Assembly (NCBI GenBank): GCA_943704425.1
Contig: CALSCP010001488.1
Location: 16,938-80,937, forward strand
Direction of reading: 5' to 3'
DNA: 64,000 nucleotides
From: Ministeria vibrans ATCC 50519
Lineage: Eukaryota > Protista > Filasterea
The translations under genes were made by a program, and so were the position numbers. Shown piece by piece: positions 1 to 15,623 of this stretch; within the stretch, counting starts at the first letter, position 1; each line of letters opens with the position of its first letter. A model generated the notes under the pieces. That model made no database searches and was not told the origin of the DNA. It saw only the letters and a list, made by a program, of their open reading frames with translations.

Positions 1-90
<90 letters not shown>
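1..90. repeat. (TC)n microsatellite in an intron of the TACC-like gene
   Basis: Perfect TC run seen directly. Confidence 0.95.
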
Positions 91-95
<5 letters not shown>

Positions 96-162
96 CTTTG
101 TTTCTTTCTCTCTCTCTATCACTTTGTTTCTTTCTCTCTTCTTTCTCTCTTCTGTCACGTAG

Positions 163-270
163 GCTGAAATGCGCGTTTCGAGCTTAGAGCGGACAGTCAA
201 AGACAAAGAAGCAGAAAACGCAGAGCTGATGAAGATCTGCGACGAGCTCATTGCAAAGGTCGACCAATAG
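163..270 (+). CDS. TACC: Last exon of a TACC-domain coiled-coil protein (5' part outside window)
   Basis: After acceptor AG 161-162 reads AEMRVSSLERTVKDKEAENAELMKICDELIAKVDQ*, matching the TACC C-terminal signature (EN.EL.KICDELI.K). Confidence 0.85.
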   Translation, partial: AEMRVSSLERTVKDKEAENAELMKICDELIAKVDQ

Positions 271-504
271 TCCCTAATAATTTTTCTTCTTTTTCTCTTT
301 TTCAAAAGTGTGAATACAAAGCAAAAAAAATTAAAACCTGACTACATGAGAAAGAAACTCGAATCGGGTGTTTTCACAGAGACAAAAAAAATTTAAGCTC
401 GACCACGTATGGTATTTAAAAAGTTGTATAAGGGGTTCTTCCGTATAGTATTTAAAAAGTTGAATAAGGGGTTCTTCACACAAGAAACAGAGAGAAAAGG
501 AAAG

Positions 505-2667
505 TTAGAGGCCATCGACGACGGTTAAGAGAAGAGCAAGTTTATCGAGGATACGACGGTCATCCTTTGCGACTGCAAGGGGTTCTTCGGTAAAGCGGGT
601 GGCGAGAGGGGCGCTCATGGCGACGCGAAGGACGCCGCGGGAGCCGAGCTTGACAGGCTGGCCAATGAGGATGGGGGTGGCGACAGTGGCGAGGGTGGCG
701 GGAGAGGCGGAGGGGAAGAGGGGCGTGCAGTCGCGCGACATGTGCAGGTGGACCTTTTTGAGTGTGTCGGCGTCGAGCGGGGTGGACGGGTCGGATGGAG
801 TGTGGCACAGCAGCGCAATGACTGAGTTGCATTCGCCCAGGCGACCGCGCTTGTCCATCATGGTGGTGTCGGTGTCACCCGAGAGCACCGCGAGTCCGCG
901 CGACGCGTACTCGTCGGCCACAAGGGTCACAATGGACTGCACCCACTTGCCAATAGCAGGTTCTGCCTTGGTGCGCACCCTGTTGAACTCCTCCATTTCG
1001 ATGACGGCCGATGTCCAGCGCATGAGCAGTCCCAGGTTGTCCTGGGCGGCAGAGAAGCGCGTGCGCAGGGCGGGCATGCCCGAACCAAAGTCACTGGCGC
1101 GCATGTAGTCGTGGAATCCATCGGGAACGCATGTGCAGAGGGTGTCCATGTCGAGGGCGATGCGAGGCGGCACCAAAACTGCGCCCGAGAAGCCGACGCC
1201 GTTGAAAAACTTGGAGCCAGTGATGAGAACGAGGCAGTTAAGGTTGAGATAGGCGGCCAGTTCAGAGGGTTCGCTGCGGCACTGGCACGCATCAATGACC
1301 GTCACGATACGCTCGAGACCGAAGCGGTCGGTGAGACGGGCCAACACGTCAATGCCGGGGATGCGCAGACCCGTCTTGCTCCCCTCGACGCCGTGAAGCA
1401 GTACCACCGTGTTGGGATCGCTCTCGAGGATTTTGGTGGCGGTGCGCTCGAGCTGTTCGGAGCAGTCGCTCTGAAGAAAGCCCGCGGTGCAGCGCGGTGG
1501 GAGCTCGGTGAGGGAGATGCGGTCGTGAGGAAGACTTGGAATGGGGTCGCCCAGATCGAAGGAGGTGGTGGGGTGTGGGAGAAAAGGAGCTGAGGTGGAG
1601 ATGCGACGACCAATGGAGGCCGGGGCGCTGCCTGTGCCCACTTCGCCGGCCGCTGCCACAATGGAGTGCACACGACCCTGACCTGGGCTTGCCCCAAGAC
1701 GATCGGCGCGGTTCAGAGCCAGCAGAAGTGGCACAAGCTCGGCGTCGCTGCCCGACGCGGCGGTGACAACATAGCGACCATCGTCGCCAAGGATGTCGCT
1801 GAGACCCAGAGCACACGCAATGCGACTGCGCAGCGTGTCGAGCGCCTCAGCCGTCGTACACTCACCAGTCCAGATTGCCTTGAGCACACGCTGACACTCG
1901 GCAAACCCGCGGGGGGTCGGCGGCGAGCAGGTGCTCGACGAACGCTGTAGGACGTCCGGCATAGGGTAGGGTGGGCAGAAATACTTGTTGACGCCCTCCT
2001 TGAGCAGCAGACGATGGTCGCCGCCCTCGCCAAGGTGCATCGAGACACAAAGGCGAAGGGCCGCGTCGCTAACTTGCTCAACGGCGTCGGGGTGCGCGAG
2101 GATTGTGTCACACGATTCGCCTGGAAAAAACATATATAAAAAAGAAAAAGAAGAAAAAAAAACGTAAGTCAACCAAGTACTAAAGGAAGAGAGTAGTGCA
2201 GTTGGACGCGATGAAAGTGGATGAAGTTCACTGTGATGGGTGGAATGGAGCGGCGGGAGAGGCAATACGGGGCTTGGGATGGTCGCGAATGGGGAGAGCG
2301 AGAAAAAGGAAAAAAAAACACGTGAGGTGAAAATACAGACGACACAGTGATGATGGAGGAGGGTTTTCGACGTGTGGGGGGTGTTGGGTCTGTGGAGCAT
2401 AAGATGGGAAGGCGAGAAGGACGGATTATAAAGCGGTTTACCTGCAGCGGTGACTTTTGGGAGATCGCGAAGCAACGCGTCGACAAGAATGTGTCGCTGT
2501 GAGGCGGAGAGGACGGACGGAGCGAGGCTTGCGATGTCAACGGGGACAGCACTTGGAGTGGGGCCCTTCGGCGGGGCGGGGGCGCCGGGAGCGCAGCAGG
2601 ATGCGGAGAGAGAGGACGTGGTGGGACTCACAGCGAGCGAGTGGACTGTCGGGGATGGGGGAGCCAT
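505..2667 (-). CDS. PLP-dependent transferase-fold protein of an uncharacterised, mainly bacterial type
   Basis: Long ORF with one GT-AG intron (2441-2121). Motifs SGSDAE, GSKTG, VIDACQ and TGSKFF (candidate PLP-binding Asp and Schiff-base Lys). First in-frame ATG is 2667; the true start is uncertain. Confidence 0.7.
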   Translation of the reverse strand: MAPPSPTVHSLAVSPTTSSLSASCCAPGAPAPPKGPTPSAVPVDIASLAPSVLSASQRHILVDALLRDLPKVTAAGKPLYNPSFSPSHLMLHRPNTPHTSKTLLHHHCVVCIFTSRVFFSFFSLSPFATIPSPVLPLPPLHSTHHSELHPLSSRPTALLSSFSTWLTYVFFSSFSFLYMFFPGESCDTILAHPDAVEQVSDAALRLCVSMHLGEGGDHRLLLKEGVNKYFCPPYPMPDVLQRSSSTCSPPTPRGFAECQRVLKAIWTGECTTAEALDTLRSRIACALGLSDILGDDGRYVVTAASGSDAELVPLLLALNRADRLGASPGQGRVHSIVAAAGEVGTGSAPASIGRRISTSAPFLPHPTTSFDLGDPIPSLPHDRISLTELPPRCTAGFLQSDCSEQLERTATKILESDPNTVVLLHGVEGSKTGLRIPGIDVLARLTDRFGLERIVTVIDACQCRSEPSELAAYLNLNCLVLITGSKFFNGVGFSGAVLVPPRIALDMDTLCTCVPDGFHDYMRASDFGSGMPALRTRFSAAQDNLGLLMRWTSAVIEMEEFNRVRTKAEPAIGKWVQSIVTLVADEYASRGLAVLSGDTDTTMMDKRGRLGECNSVIALLCHTPSDPSTPLDADTLKKVHLHMSRDCTPLFPSASPATLATVATPILIGQPVKLGSRGVLRVAMSAPLATRFTEEPLAVAKDDRRILDKLALLLTVVDGL

Positions 2668-3111
2668 GGAGGGCGTGGCCGTAAGGTTGGTTGGTTGGTA
2701 GGGGGGGAGGGGGGTGGTTGATCGAGGTTTATTTCGAAGGAGAGAGTCGATATCCACCGGGAAGAGCGCCTGTTCCAGTTGCAGCTGGGTGTGTAAGCAT
2801 ACGCAAGAAGCTTGGAGAAGGGGGGGAGGGTGTGGAGGGCTTGGTGATGATATGGTTTTTGTCAGCAGCCCAAACAGAGAAGGAAAATTATTGATTAAAA
2901 TTTGAGAATTGATTAGAATTAATAATTTTTAGTATTGGTACTATTAATTTATTTTATTGTTAAGTTCCGTCTCAAATGTTTCTGCGTTTGCAAAACGCTG
3001 CGCAAGTATAGGGGTGGGTTACTGGGTTTTATGTGATACATATTAGCCACATATTCGCCGACTGGTTAGAAGGATGTTTGAGAAAAAAAAGTAGACTATA
3101 TTTTTTGATTT

Positions 3112-4825
3112 TTATTCTTTCTTGGGGGCATTGCGTTTGCGAAGGGTGGCAGTGATTTCAGCCTGGAAGTTGCGCATCTTGGTCTTCTCCTCAAGGCCCG
3201 AGATGGAGCGGAGGTCGTTGACGACGTCCTTGGTCTTGCCAAAGTAGACGAGGTTGAGCGACGAGCGCATCTTGAACTCAATGTCCTCGATCATATGACC
3301 AATGTTGAAGATGTGTGGCTGCTTCTCTGTCACCGGACAGTCTTGCTCAGCCTATGGAGATAGAAGACACCCCGCGTCAGAGTGAGACAGAGACAAAATC
3401 GAGACGCACAAGTTCATTCATACCTGACGGGTCATTGAGCCACCGAGCTGGAGAGTACCACTGGCACTCTTGTTGGTCTGCAGCCACAGCATAACCGTCG
3501 ACGTCAACTTGTAGTGCGCCTTCTTGTTGTCCAGCTCTTCCACTTCCACAACGTGCACTGCATCCCAGCAGCCTACGTACAAAAATCACACAAGTGCGAT
3601 AGAGAGAGAGTGTGTTTGTGTGAGTGTGTGGGTCAGTTTATGAGTTTTTTTTTTTTTTGTTTGTTTGCTAGTTACCCTTGATCTTCTTGGAACCATCGCC
3701 AAGCTTCTTGATGAGAATGACCCCGGCAAACCCTTCCGTCTCCTCGAGATCCCACAAGTAGACGCTAGACACACCACCTTCGTAGTACATGTCGCGGTAC
3801 GTGTCAAACGCCGCGTTAGCCTCCTGCTCCAGCTTGCGCAACTTGTCTGAGGGCTTTGCGCCATCTTCAAGCGGTGGGAAGTACTTGTTGGACCAGGGTG
3901 ATCGGTACGAGTCGCCGTCGCGTGAGTAGTCGCACAGCAGGTAGTCTCGGCCTAAGGCAAGGTAAAATTAAAAAAAAAAAAAATTTCTTACTAGTGTCTC
4001 TCAATGCTCTCATACCTGCTTCGGCGTCCTTGGCCAGCTTGAGGGGCTGGTCGATGGCTGTAAGGAGATCCTCCACAAGGGACGGCACGAGATCTGAGAA
4101 AGAATACGAGAAAGAAGATAAGAAGAAATGAGAATGGAGATGAGAATGGAGATGAGAATGAATGGAGATGAGAGAGACAAGAGTGTAATAGAAAGAGAGA
4201 CAAAAACAAAGCGATTTATGTTGAAACTCTCAAAAAGTCAGATCACACACGCAAACGACGATGTTCCGCCCATTCAGTCAGGATTGTGCCGCATGCAGAT
4301 GGGTGGTGTAATAGACAGGCGAATGCGATTGGATGAAAAAAAAAAAAAAGAACTTTTGGTCAAAAAGTGACATTGCAGAAGTAGGAAAGACAACTCTGGT
4401 GGATAGAGAGGGTGCAGACTCCAGATGGAGGGGGAGGGGGCCGAGAGAGCGGGCGGGGCGCTGATGGACTCGCTGAGGGGACAAAGAGACGCAAAATTGT
4501 GCACCAAGTGCGAAAGAGCCCTTCCGTCATAGAGAGTCGCCCGCTGCGAGGGTCGGGATGGCTTTGGACAGCCCTGTGGAAGGCATGGGGGCGGCTGATG
4601 GGCAGGATACGTCCAAGGAGATGGCAAACGAGCGGTTGAAAAAAAAAAAAACGAAAAGAAAAAAAAACCCAAAGAGAACGGAAAGAGGAGAAAGAGAGAA
4701 AAAACAAAAATATAAAGACGTCTGATGGACAGGACGCATACCGATGAGTCCCGCGAGGTTCTCCTCGGTGTTCTGTGGCGGCAACCGCCGCATCAAATCA
4801 AGCGCACAATCAAGTTGTTGCTCCG

Positions 4826-4826
<1 letters not shown>
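3112..4826 (-). CDS. CAPZB: F-actin capping protein beta subunit (start Met exon lost in the N-gap)
   Basis: Spliced exons give [74 protein letters not shown]. Confidence 0.97.
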
Positions 4827-4901
<75 letters not shown>

Positions 4902-5394
4902 NNNNNNNNNNNNNNNNNNNNNNNNNNNNNNNNNNNNNNNNNNNNNNNNNNNNNNNNNNNNNNNNNNNNNNNNNNNNNNNNNNNNNNNNNNNNNNNNNNN
5001 NNNNNNNNNNNNNNNNNNNNNNNNNNNNNNNNNNNNNNNNNNNNNNNNNNNNNNNNNNNNNNNNNNNNNNNNNNNNNNNNNNNNNNNNNNNNNNNNNNNN
5101 NNNNNNNNNNNNNNNNNNNNNNNNNNNNNNNNNNNNNNNNNNNNNNNNNNNNNNNNNNNNNNNNNNNNNNNNNNNNNNNNNNNNNNNNNNNNNNNNNNNN
5201 NNNNNNNNNNNNNNNNNNNNNNNNNNNNNNNNNNNNNNNNNNNNNNNNNNNNNNNNNNNNNNNNNNNNNNNNNNNNNNNNNNNNNNNNNNNNNNNNNNNN
5301 NNNNNNNNNNNNNNNNNNNNNNNNNNNNNNNNNNNNNNNNNNNNNNNNNNNNNNNNNNNNNNNNNNNNNNNNNNNNNNNNNNNNNNNNNNNNNN
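4902..5394. other. Assembly gap (N-run)
   Basis: Seen directly, next to a (GA)n tract. Confidence 1.
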
Positions 5395-5606
5395 CCCTCA
5401 AACTCTCTCACACAGGTCTCGCTGCGACATACGCCAGCTACTCCACAGGCATTGTTCTGTCGATTGTGGTGAATGCATTCCTCACGCAATGGCTCTACAT
5501 CGCCCATTTCTCAGCCTGGCTTGCAACGCTACTCATCACTGGCGTACTAAATTATTTTGTTGTTGGGGCCGCACTTCGATCAGAGCCGGTTCACGCACAT
5601 CCCTGA
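5395..5606 (+). CDS. 3' fragment of a small membrane protein, GtrA-like
   Basis: YASYSTGIVLSIVVNAFL...AWLATLLITGVLNYFVV: two TM helices ending in NYF as in GtrA-family proteins. 5' end is in the gap. Confidence 0.45.
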
Positions 5607-6038
5607 GTCCCTGATAGCGTTGATAACGGAACGGTAGCATGTTGCGACTGGTTTTGTATTACTAATGTAAGACTCATTAGAACTGTACATCAAAATATCT
5701 TGAATCAAGAAATTTTCACGTACACGCTATATTATTCTGTAACGTATCTGTGATTGTGTGTGTGATGATATAGGTTCACGTGGACTCAAAAGGAGGCGCT
5801 GACACTTATGCAGTTCCTGCGCAGCATCATTGGGCATGTTCACCCATGGCCCTAAAACAAGGGAGTCGTAATAGTATTCAATATTAGCATTCTTATATTA
5901 TATTGCTTGTGTTGCATTTGCAAATGTATCTTTTTTAAGAAAAATGTGTCATTCTTTCTACATCATCGGGCTTTCAGGTTCAGTTTTGGATTAACAGTAA
6001 TAATAAGAATAAAAAAATAATAATAATAATTTATTGTA

Positions 6039-8675
<2,637 letters not shown>

Positions 8676-9319
8676 GGGCGAGGTGGATGTAAAGTTCCAC
8701 ACGCGCGGTGGAGGTGCGAGGTCCTTGCTCCTACCATTAGAGCGACAATGCGACGTTGAGAATGTGCTCGTGACGACCACAACAACAAAGCAAATTCCAC
8801 TGCACTAGAGCAATTCTGGCTACGCAAAAGACCACTGCTTGCTTCCATGTCACATGAAAGCATCCACAGAGCACCCGGAGGATACGAAGCGAGTGCGAAT
8901 ACAGCAAATATGCCTTGATTGACGTGTGGTATTTGTCGGGTTGCTCGTTGTGACGTGAGACATTGAGTATCAGTCAGCGCTTCATTCGAGGGACGAAAAT
9001 GGGACAAGGCAACAACGCATCAAGTACAACAATGCCACCTTTTTCACAAGGTTTGCAAGGACCACATCATTATAAGGAGCGGCCACATAGGCGCAAGAAT
9101 GATTTTTTGACTTACATCTGGCAAAGCTGTTGGACCTTTTCCTCGCGTCAAAGATCCACAGCAAGGACAAAAATATATGTCCAGAGGGTGGGAGAGATGG
9201 CAAGACGCAAAAAAAAATGATTCATAAACAATCATTAATCAATCAAAGTCAACAGTTTTCAAAACACTTGTGACTCAACGATCCGCGAAATGAATTAGTT
9301 CCAAACATTTTTTTAAACG

Positions 9320-11425
9320 ATGCTTACTATCGAGAGTAAAGTCCCATTGACTGCGCTGGCCATCACACCCAATGGAGAGGCTATTGTGACGGACTATGGG
9401 GGCTCGCGACTTGCTGTGTGGTCGACGGTGGGCCGTCCGAAAATGATTTTCAGTGGACATTCGTCGCAAGTGACAACGGCCGCTGTGGGCCTCAAAGGCG
9501 TCGTGATTGCAACGGCGGCCCTTGACGCAACAATCCGCGTGTGGGATCGGCACACGGGACGCAAGTTGGCGCTGCTACAGGGCCACACGGAGGCAGTGGA
9601 CTTTGTAACTGTCTCCGAACGTAAGTTTGTCTTCTCCGCGAGCCTTCAAGATCACACAGTGCGCGTCTGGGACATTGCCCACCCGCGCGTGGCGACCTGT
9701 CCCATTATCCGACCAACACGCGCCGGCACCGCCATTGCCGTGGCTCACGACGGCCATGCGTATGCCTTGGCCCTGCACGACAAATCCATTCGCCTGTTCG
9801 ACGTCACCGCTGGCACCCAACTGACTGTGATGCGCGGCCCGCGCAACTGGACGCGCGCTATTGCCTTTGTGGTGGGAACTCTGCTGCGACGACCGCACGA
9901 CGACATGTACACCTTGCTGACGGGCTCGGACGACGGCTCGGTACGTCTGTGGGAGTGCAAAAAGGGCTATGAGGTGCATTGCTTCCAGGGTCACACAGGA
10001 CCCGTCTTGAGCGTCGACGCTGCCGAATCAATCCACATTGGCGTGTCGGGTGGCGTCGACGGTACAGTGCGCATCTGGGATCTCACGACAGGCTTGCCAC
10101 TGCGTTTGCTTGCCGATTCACCTCATGCCGTTTTGCAAGTCAAGGTGACACCCAGTGGTGGACACGTCGCGTGCACCACGCAGGACAACAAGGTTATGTC
10201 GTGGCATCTGGCCGAGCGAGCAATCGGCGTGAACGCACTGGCGGTCGAGGGCACAATGGGCTGTGGGCGACACGAGCGCAAGTCGGTGCAGGCCATGATT
10301 GGTCTGGGGCAGTGCTTGACAATTGCACAGCCAGGCGGAGTCCAGGGAGTACTAGAGCCGGCCAACTCGGCGGCTGAGGGTGACGCCGTCATGCTTGTTG
10401 CTATTGCACGACATGGTCATGGGCGCACAGTGACGTGCGACAAGAGCAACAACGTCAACTTGTGGGACTTGATGGGGTCACGAAAGGAGAAGAAGACGGA
10501 GAGAACAGAGGACGAAACGGGTGGGAGCGCACTGGCGAGTGTGTCGTTGCCAGTGCAAACAGTGACCGCTGTAGGGATATCGGGGGACGGCTCACGCGTA
10601 GTGTGTGGACTGGACGACGACACAGTGGCACTGCTTGATGGCAACAACGAACTCGAGCTGGTGGCGAGTCTCACGCCGGAGAAGATGAAGCCGCGCACAA
10701 AGCACAGGCAGAGGAACGGGGTAGATGGTGGGTCGGCGGCGGCGAGTCCAGTGGGAGGAGGTGTGATGCGAGTGGCGGTAGGGCACGGAGGTGACTGTGT
10801 TGCTGTGGCGCACAAGATGGCTGGAAAGGTGTTTTTGTGGACGAGAAAGGAGAAGGAAGCGAGTGATAAGAAGGAGGGAAAGGAAGACGACGACGACGAC
10901 GACGAGGAGGAGGAGGAGGAGGAGGAGGGAGAGGAGACCAAGTGGACGTACAGTGTGATTAGTGATGAGACGCTGACTGGTGTGACGTGCATGACAATTG
11001 GAGAAGGGAAGAACACGACGGGAGAGCGATGCATTGTGATGGGATGTGCGTACTATGACTGTCGCATGGACGCGAGTGGGGATGTGATACCCGCGGCGTA
11101 TGTGGTGCGACGGGTGAGTGTGGCAACGGGACGCGAGACGGGACGTGTTAAGCTGGCACGGCAGGTGGTACAAGTGGCAGTGGTGGAAGTGGCAACAACG
11201 CAGACAGGAGGAGGAGAACAGGTGGTGGCAGTGGATGCCGAAGGACGCGCGACGCTGATTGAGTGGGAAATGGGCCGTGTGACGCTGATTGGCGAGGACG
11301 TCGAGGTCGTGTGCTCGGCCTTTGATGGAGTGTATGGGGCGGTGGCGGGCGAGGTGCGGAGACTGGTACCCAAGGAGGAGGAGCAGGAAGAGAAGGAGGG
11401 TGGTGAGATGGAAGTGTGTGTCTGA
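9320..11425 (+). CDS. Intronless WD40-repeat protein (probably two beta-propellers)
   Basis: 701-aa ORF with repeated GH...D.T(I/V)R(V/I)WD units in the N-half and degenerate repeats plus an acidic tract in the C-half. Confidence 0.85.
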   Translation: MLTIESKVPLTALAITPNGEAIVTDYGGSRLAVWSTVGRPKMIFSGHSSQVTTAAVGLKGVVIATAALDATIRVWDRHTGRKLALLQGHTEAVDFVTVSERKFVFSASLQDHTVRVWDIAHPRVATCPIIRPTRAGTAIAVAHDGHAYALALHDKSIRLFDVTAGTQLTVMRGPRNWTRAIAFVVGTLLRRPHDDMYTLLTGSDDGSVRLWECKKGYEVHCFQGHTGPVLSVDAAESIHIGVSGGVDGTVRIWDLTTGLPLRLLADSPHAVLQVKVTPSGGHVACTTQDNKVMSWHLAERAIGVNALAVEGTMGCGRHERKSVQAMIGLGQCLTIAQPGGVQGVLEPANSAAEGDAVMLVAIARHGHGRTVTCDKSNNVNLWDLMGSRKEKKTERTEDETGGSALASVSLPVQTVTAVGISGDGSRVVCGLDDDTVALLDGNNELELVASLTPEKMKPRTKHRQRNGVDGGSAAASPVGGGVMRVAVGHGGDCVAVAHKMAGKVFLWTRKEKEASDKKEGKEDDDDDDEEEEEEEEGEETKWTYSVISDETLTGVTCMTIGEGKNTTGERCIVMGCAYYDCRMDASGDVIPAAYVVRRVSVATGRETGRVKLARQVVQVAVVEVATTQTGGGEQVVAVDAEGRATLIEWEMGRVTLIGEDVEVVCSAFDGVYGAVAGEVRRLVPKEEEQEEKEGGEMEVCV

Positions 11426-11494
11426 GACATGACAGAGTGAGAAAAGAGAGACAAATGAAAAATAATTCAATTTTCAGTTTTATTCATTTTAATC

Positions 11495-12633
<1,139 letters not shown>

Positions 12634-13077
12634 CCGCGACGACGATCAACTACCCAATTTTTCTTATAAATCGTTCCTTTCACTTCTTAGTTCGTTCTCT
12701 AATGACAAAACATCTTTTGTATTTTCTTTTTTGCTTATCGCGTCACTTGTCTGGTCATCATCTCCGCTCCCTCTCAAGGCTCCCGTAGCTTGGAAACTGG
12801 TTCTGAGCTGTCGCGTTTGTGATTATAATGTGTTCTTCTGTCTTCAATCTTCTACTTTTTGAGTTCTTTTTCTTTGTCCCAGGTTAAAGAAGAAGAGAAA
12901 AGTAAGGCAAGCTTGAAACGCTGTCATTTTTAGACATTATTCAACAGCGAAACTTTCAATTTTTCATATTTTTTCGCTTAATTTCCGTATCTTCCCTTAT
13001 TGTGACTGAATACAAGTAGAGCGAGAGAGATAGACGCCCCCATATAACTTATAACGTATAAGTGATATACACTTCTT

Positions 13078-13596
13078 ATGGCTGGTATATTTCCTTTGTT
13101 GCAACGCATTATAACATAATAATTATTATATCAACTCTTCTCCTCTTGTAGAGAACGCAACGGCACTCTGCCTCGCCTTCCATGACACCAAAAGTGGAGC
13201 ATCGGTGCAAGGAAATGTCCACGTCGTGTATGCCAACGAAACACCCCCTAGCGCTCTTGTGGGTATGTTCCTTGCCCTTTCTCAGCCTCACTCACTCACT
13301 CCCGATTCTCTCTGCGCACAGCCAAGTCTGCGGCTGAAATCACCCTGAACGAGAGTGGCAAGCCCGTGTCGGTGACGAGCACCGTCCCAGGCGTTGTCGT
13401 TGTGCCTCACGTTGACGATGCTGTGAGCACTCTGCACGTACGTGGGCCATTCAGCGACGAGCCGGCGCTTGCCGACCAAATTGCCGCTGCAGACATTAGT
13501 CGGCAAGTTGACCAGTACTTCGCGGTGTCGCGCGTGGACGAAGCTACGGCGGCGGCCCGCGAAACACTTGATGTCTTAGAGGAGATGCTCAAATAA
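13078..13596 (+). CDS. Small hypothetical protein (~130 aa, 3 exons), faint Atg31-like pattern
   Basis: ATGGCTG|gt first exon, then phase-compatible exons giving ...LCLAFHDTKSGASVQGNVHVVYANE...EITLNESGKPVSVTSTVP...LEEMLK*. Confidence 0.55.
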
Positions 13597-13670
13597 ATAT
13601 GTGGTTGTATAGTGTACAATAGTTGTTTTTTATAAATGTGAACAATGAACAAGGAGAGAGTTGGTGAGAG

Positions 13671-15587
13671 TTAGACGGAGCTTACATACAAATCACCCAA
13701 AGACGACGAGTCCGACACGCTCAAAAAGGTCCCATCGCCATCGCCATCCACATACTGCCCCCCATCACCACCAGCAAGATCGGCACTGGGAAGAGACACA
13801 ATTTGAGGAGATTCTACCGGGACTGGTTCTTGCCCATCCTTCTCAGCAGCATCATCAAGCACCTCTCCATCACTCAACTCCTTAGACGGCGTTTTCTCAA
13901 TGCACACCTCATCATCATCACCAACACCACCGCCAGCATCAGCATCAGCAGCATCACTGCCAATAGCAACATCATCCTCAGCAACATCAGCACAAGCAGC
14001 ACTCACATCCGCACTTGCACTCTCAGTCTCATTCTCACCCACTTCCGCACGACCTTCTTCCGCCGCTGCTCTCTCCTTCCCCTCTTCCTCTTCTTCTTCT
14101 TCTTCTTCTTCTTCTTCCTTTTCTTCTTCTTCCTTTTCTTCTTCTTCCTTTTCTTCTCTGGGCGACCAATCAAAGGGACTAACAGCACGCGCACTTCGCA
14201 CACACGCAGGTTCCAACACGGCCCGCGATAACCGAATAAACTCTCCTGCAACAAAGAGAGAGGAAAAAGAAACAAAGTGATAGAGAGAGAGAGAGAGTGT
14301 GTGTGTGTGTCAATACACTAGTGCCCATTGTTTATGAAACGCGACCAACAGCGGGGTCCGTACTGAGTTGGTCGTGGGAAGCGACTTGAATGCGTTGCGA
14401 AATGTGAGGGGCATTGCGAATAAGAGAAAGACCTGGAGGAGAGCGGAGTGTGCGCGCACGCTGAAGTCGGAAGACGGGATGTTGAAGGAGCTCGGTGCAC
14501 GTAGGACTGCGGGACAGACAACAAGAAAAAAGAATGAGAAATGAGAAGGGGACAAGAGTAAATTGTAGAATCGTCACCGTCTGAGAGGATCCTCCTGCAC
14601 ACACATATCAATCATCTCGTGCAAAGCCTCGGTATACTTGTCAAAGCTATCGTGCAGCTCATCGTCTAGCGTCGGTGGCGTCGCGTGCAATTTGTACAGT
14701 AATATCTGGATGTTCGCACACACACACACACAAGCACAGATTGTTAGTTTCACTCTCACCCACTCTCAATCTCTCTATTTCTATACTTCGGTTGGAGGAC
14801 GACCGACAAAGGGCGCGACGCCTGCAGCCATTTCAATCGCAGTGATACCAATACTGTAAATATCAGCTTTGACAGAGTAACCCTCGAGCTCTTGCAAGAG
14901 CACTTCGGGAGCGAGAAAGGGTAGGCCGCGCTGGGCACCGCTGAAAACGTGTGAGACGCCACCGACAGCGGGCGTCACGTGAACGCTCTCGCTAAAATCT
15001 GCTAAGTGCACATCACCGTCGGTGCTCAGTAAGATGTTGGCCGGTCGAATGTTTCTGTTCGGTCAAGAGGAAAGAGAAAATATTTTTTAACGGGGTGGTC
15101 TCTTGAGATGCACTATAAGTGTGCATACCGATGAATCCAGCCGTGTCCGTGCATGTGCTCGAGGGCGACAACAACTTGTCGCAATATATACGTAATGAGA
15201 TGCTCGGGAACGCCAGCGGCGTACATGGGATGGTGAATCAGACTCAGACACGAACCTGTTGACGAGCGAGAGAAGAATAAGAGGCAAAAATACCCGAAAG
15301 ATGTGCAGTGGAAGGAAGGAGACATTGAGGGCACACGATGAGTTCTGCAGAGATGCATACCGCCCGAGAGAAGAGGAGAGAGGAGCCAGAGTTCGTCGTG
15401 GACGGTGAAGGCGGCAAGAAAGGAATGGAGTCCGTCGTGTTTGAGTTGGGACAGAACGGTCAGTTCGTGCTGCAAAAGAGAGGCGCAGCGTGAGCCATCG
15501 GACGCAACAACGCCAAAACTCAGTCGACAGCAGACACGCTTGCGCAGCGTCACCGTTCAAGGGGTCACACAATCCCCAAAGGTGTAT

Positions 15588-15623
<36 letters not shown>

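Noticed and set aside
406-477. Two 36-bp repeats resembling CRISPR repeats
   Set aside because: Directly adjacent with no spacer, only two copies, no cas genes, eukaryotic context.
4100-4740. Possible snoRNA in the long CAPZB intron
   Set aside because: A CTGA is present but I find no matching box C or H/ACA layout; only one 8-bp stem.
4527-5614. Long ORFs through the N-gap with ER/SL repeats
   Set aside because: Artefacts of the N-run and (GA)n tract.
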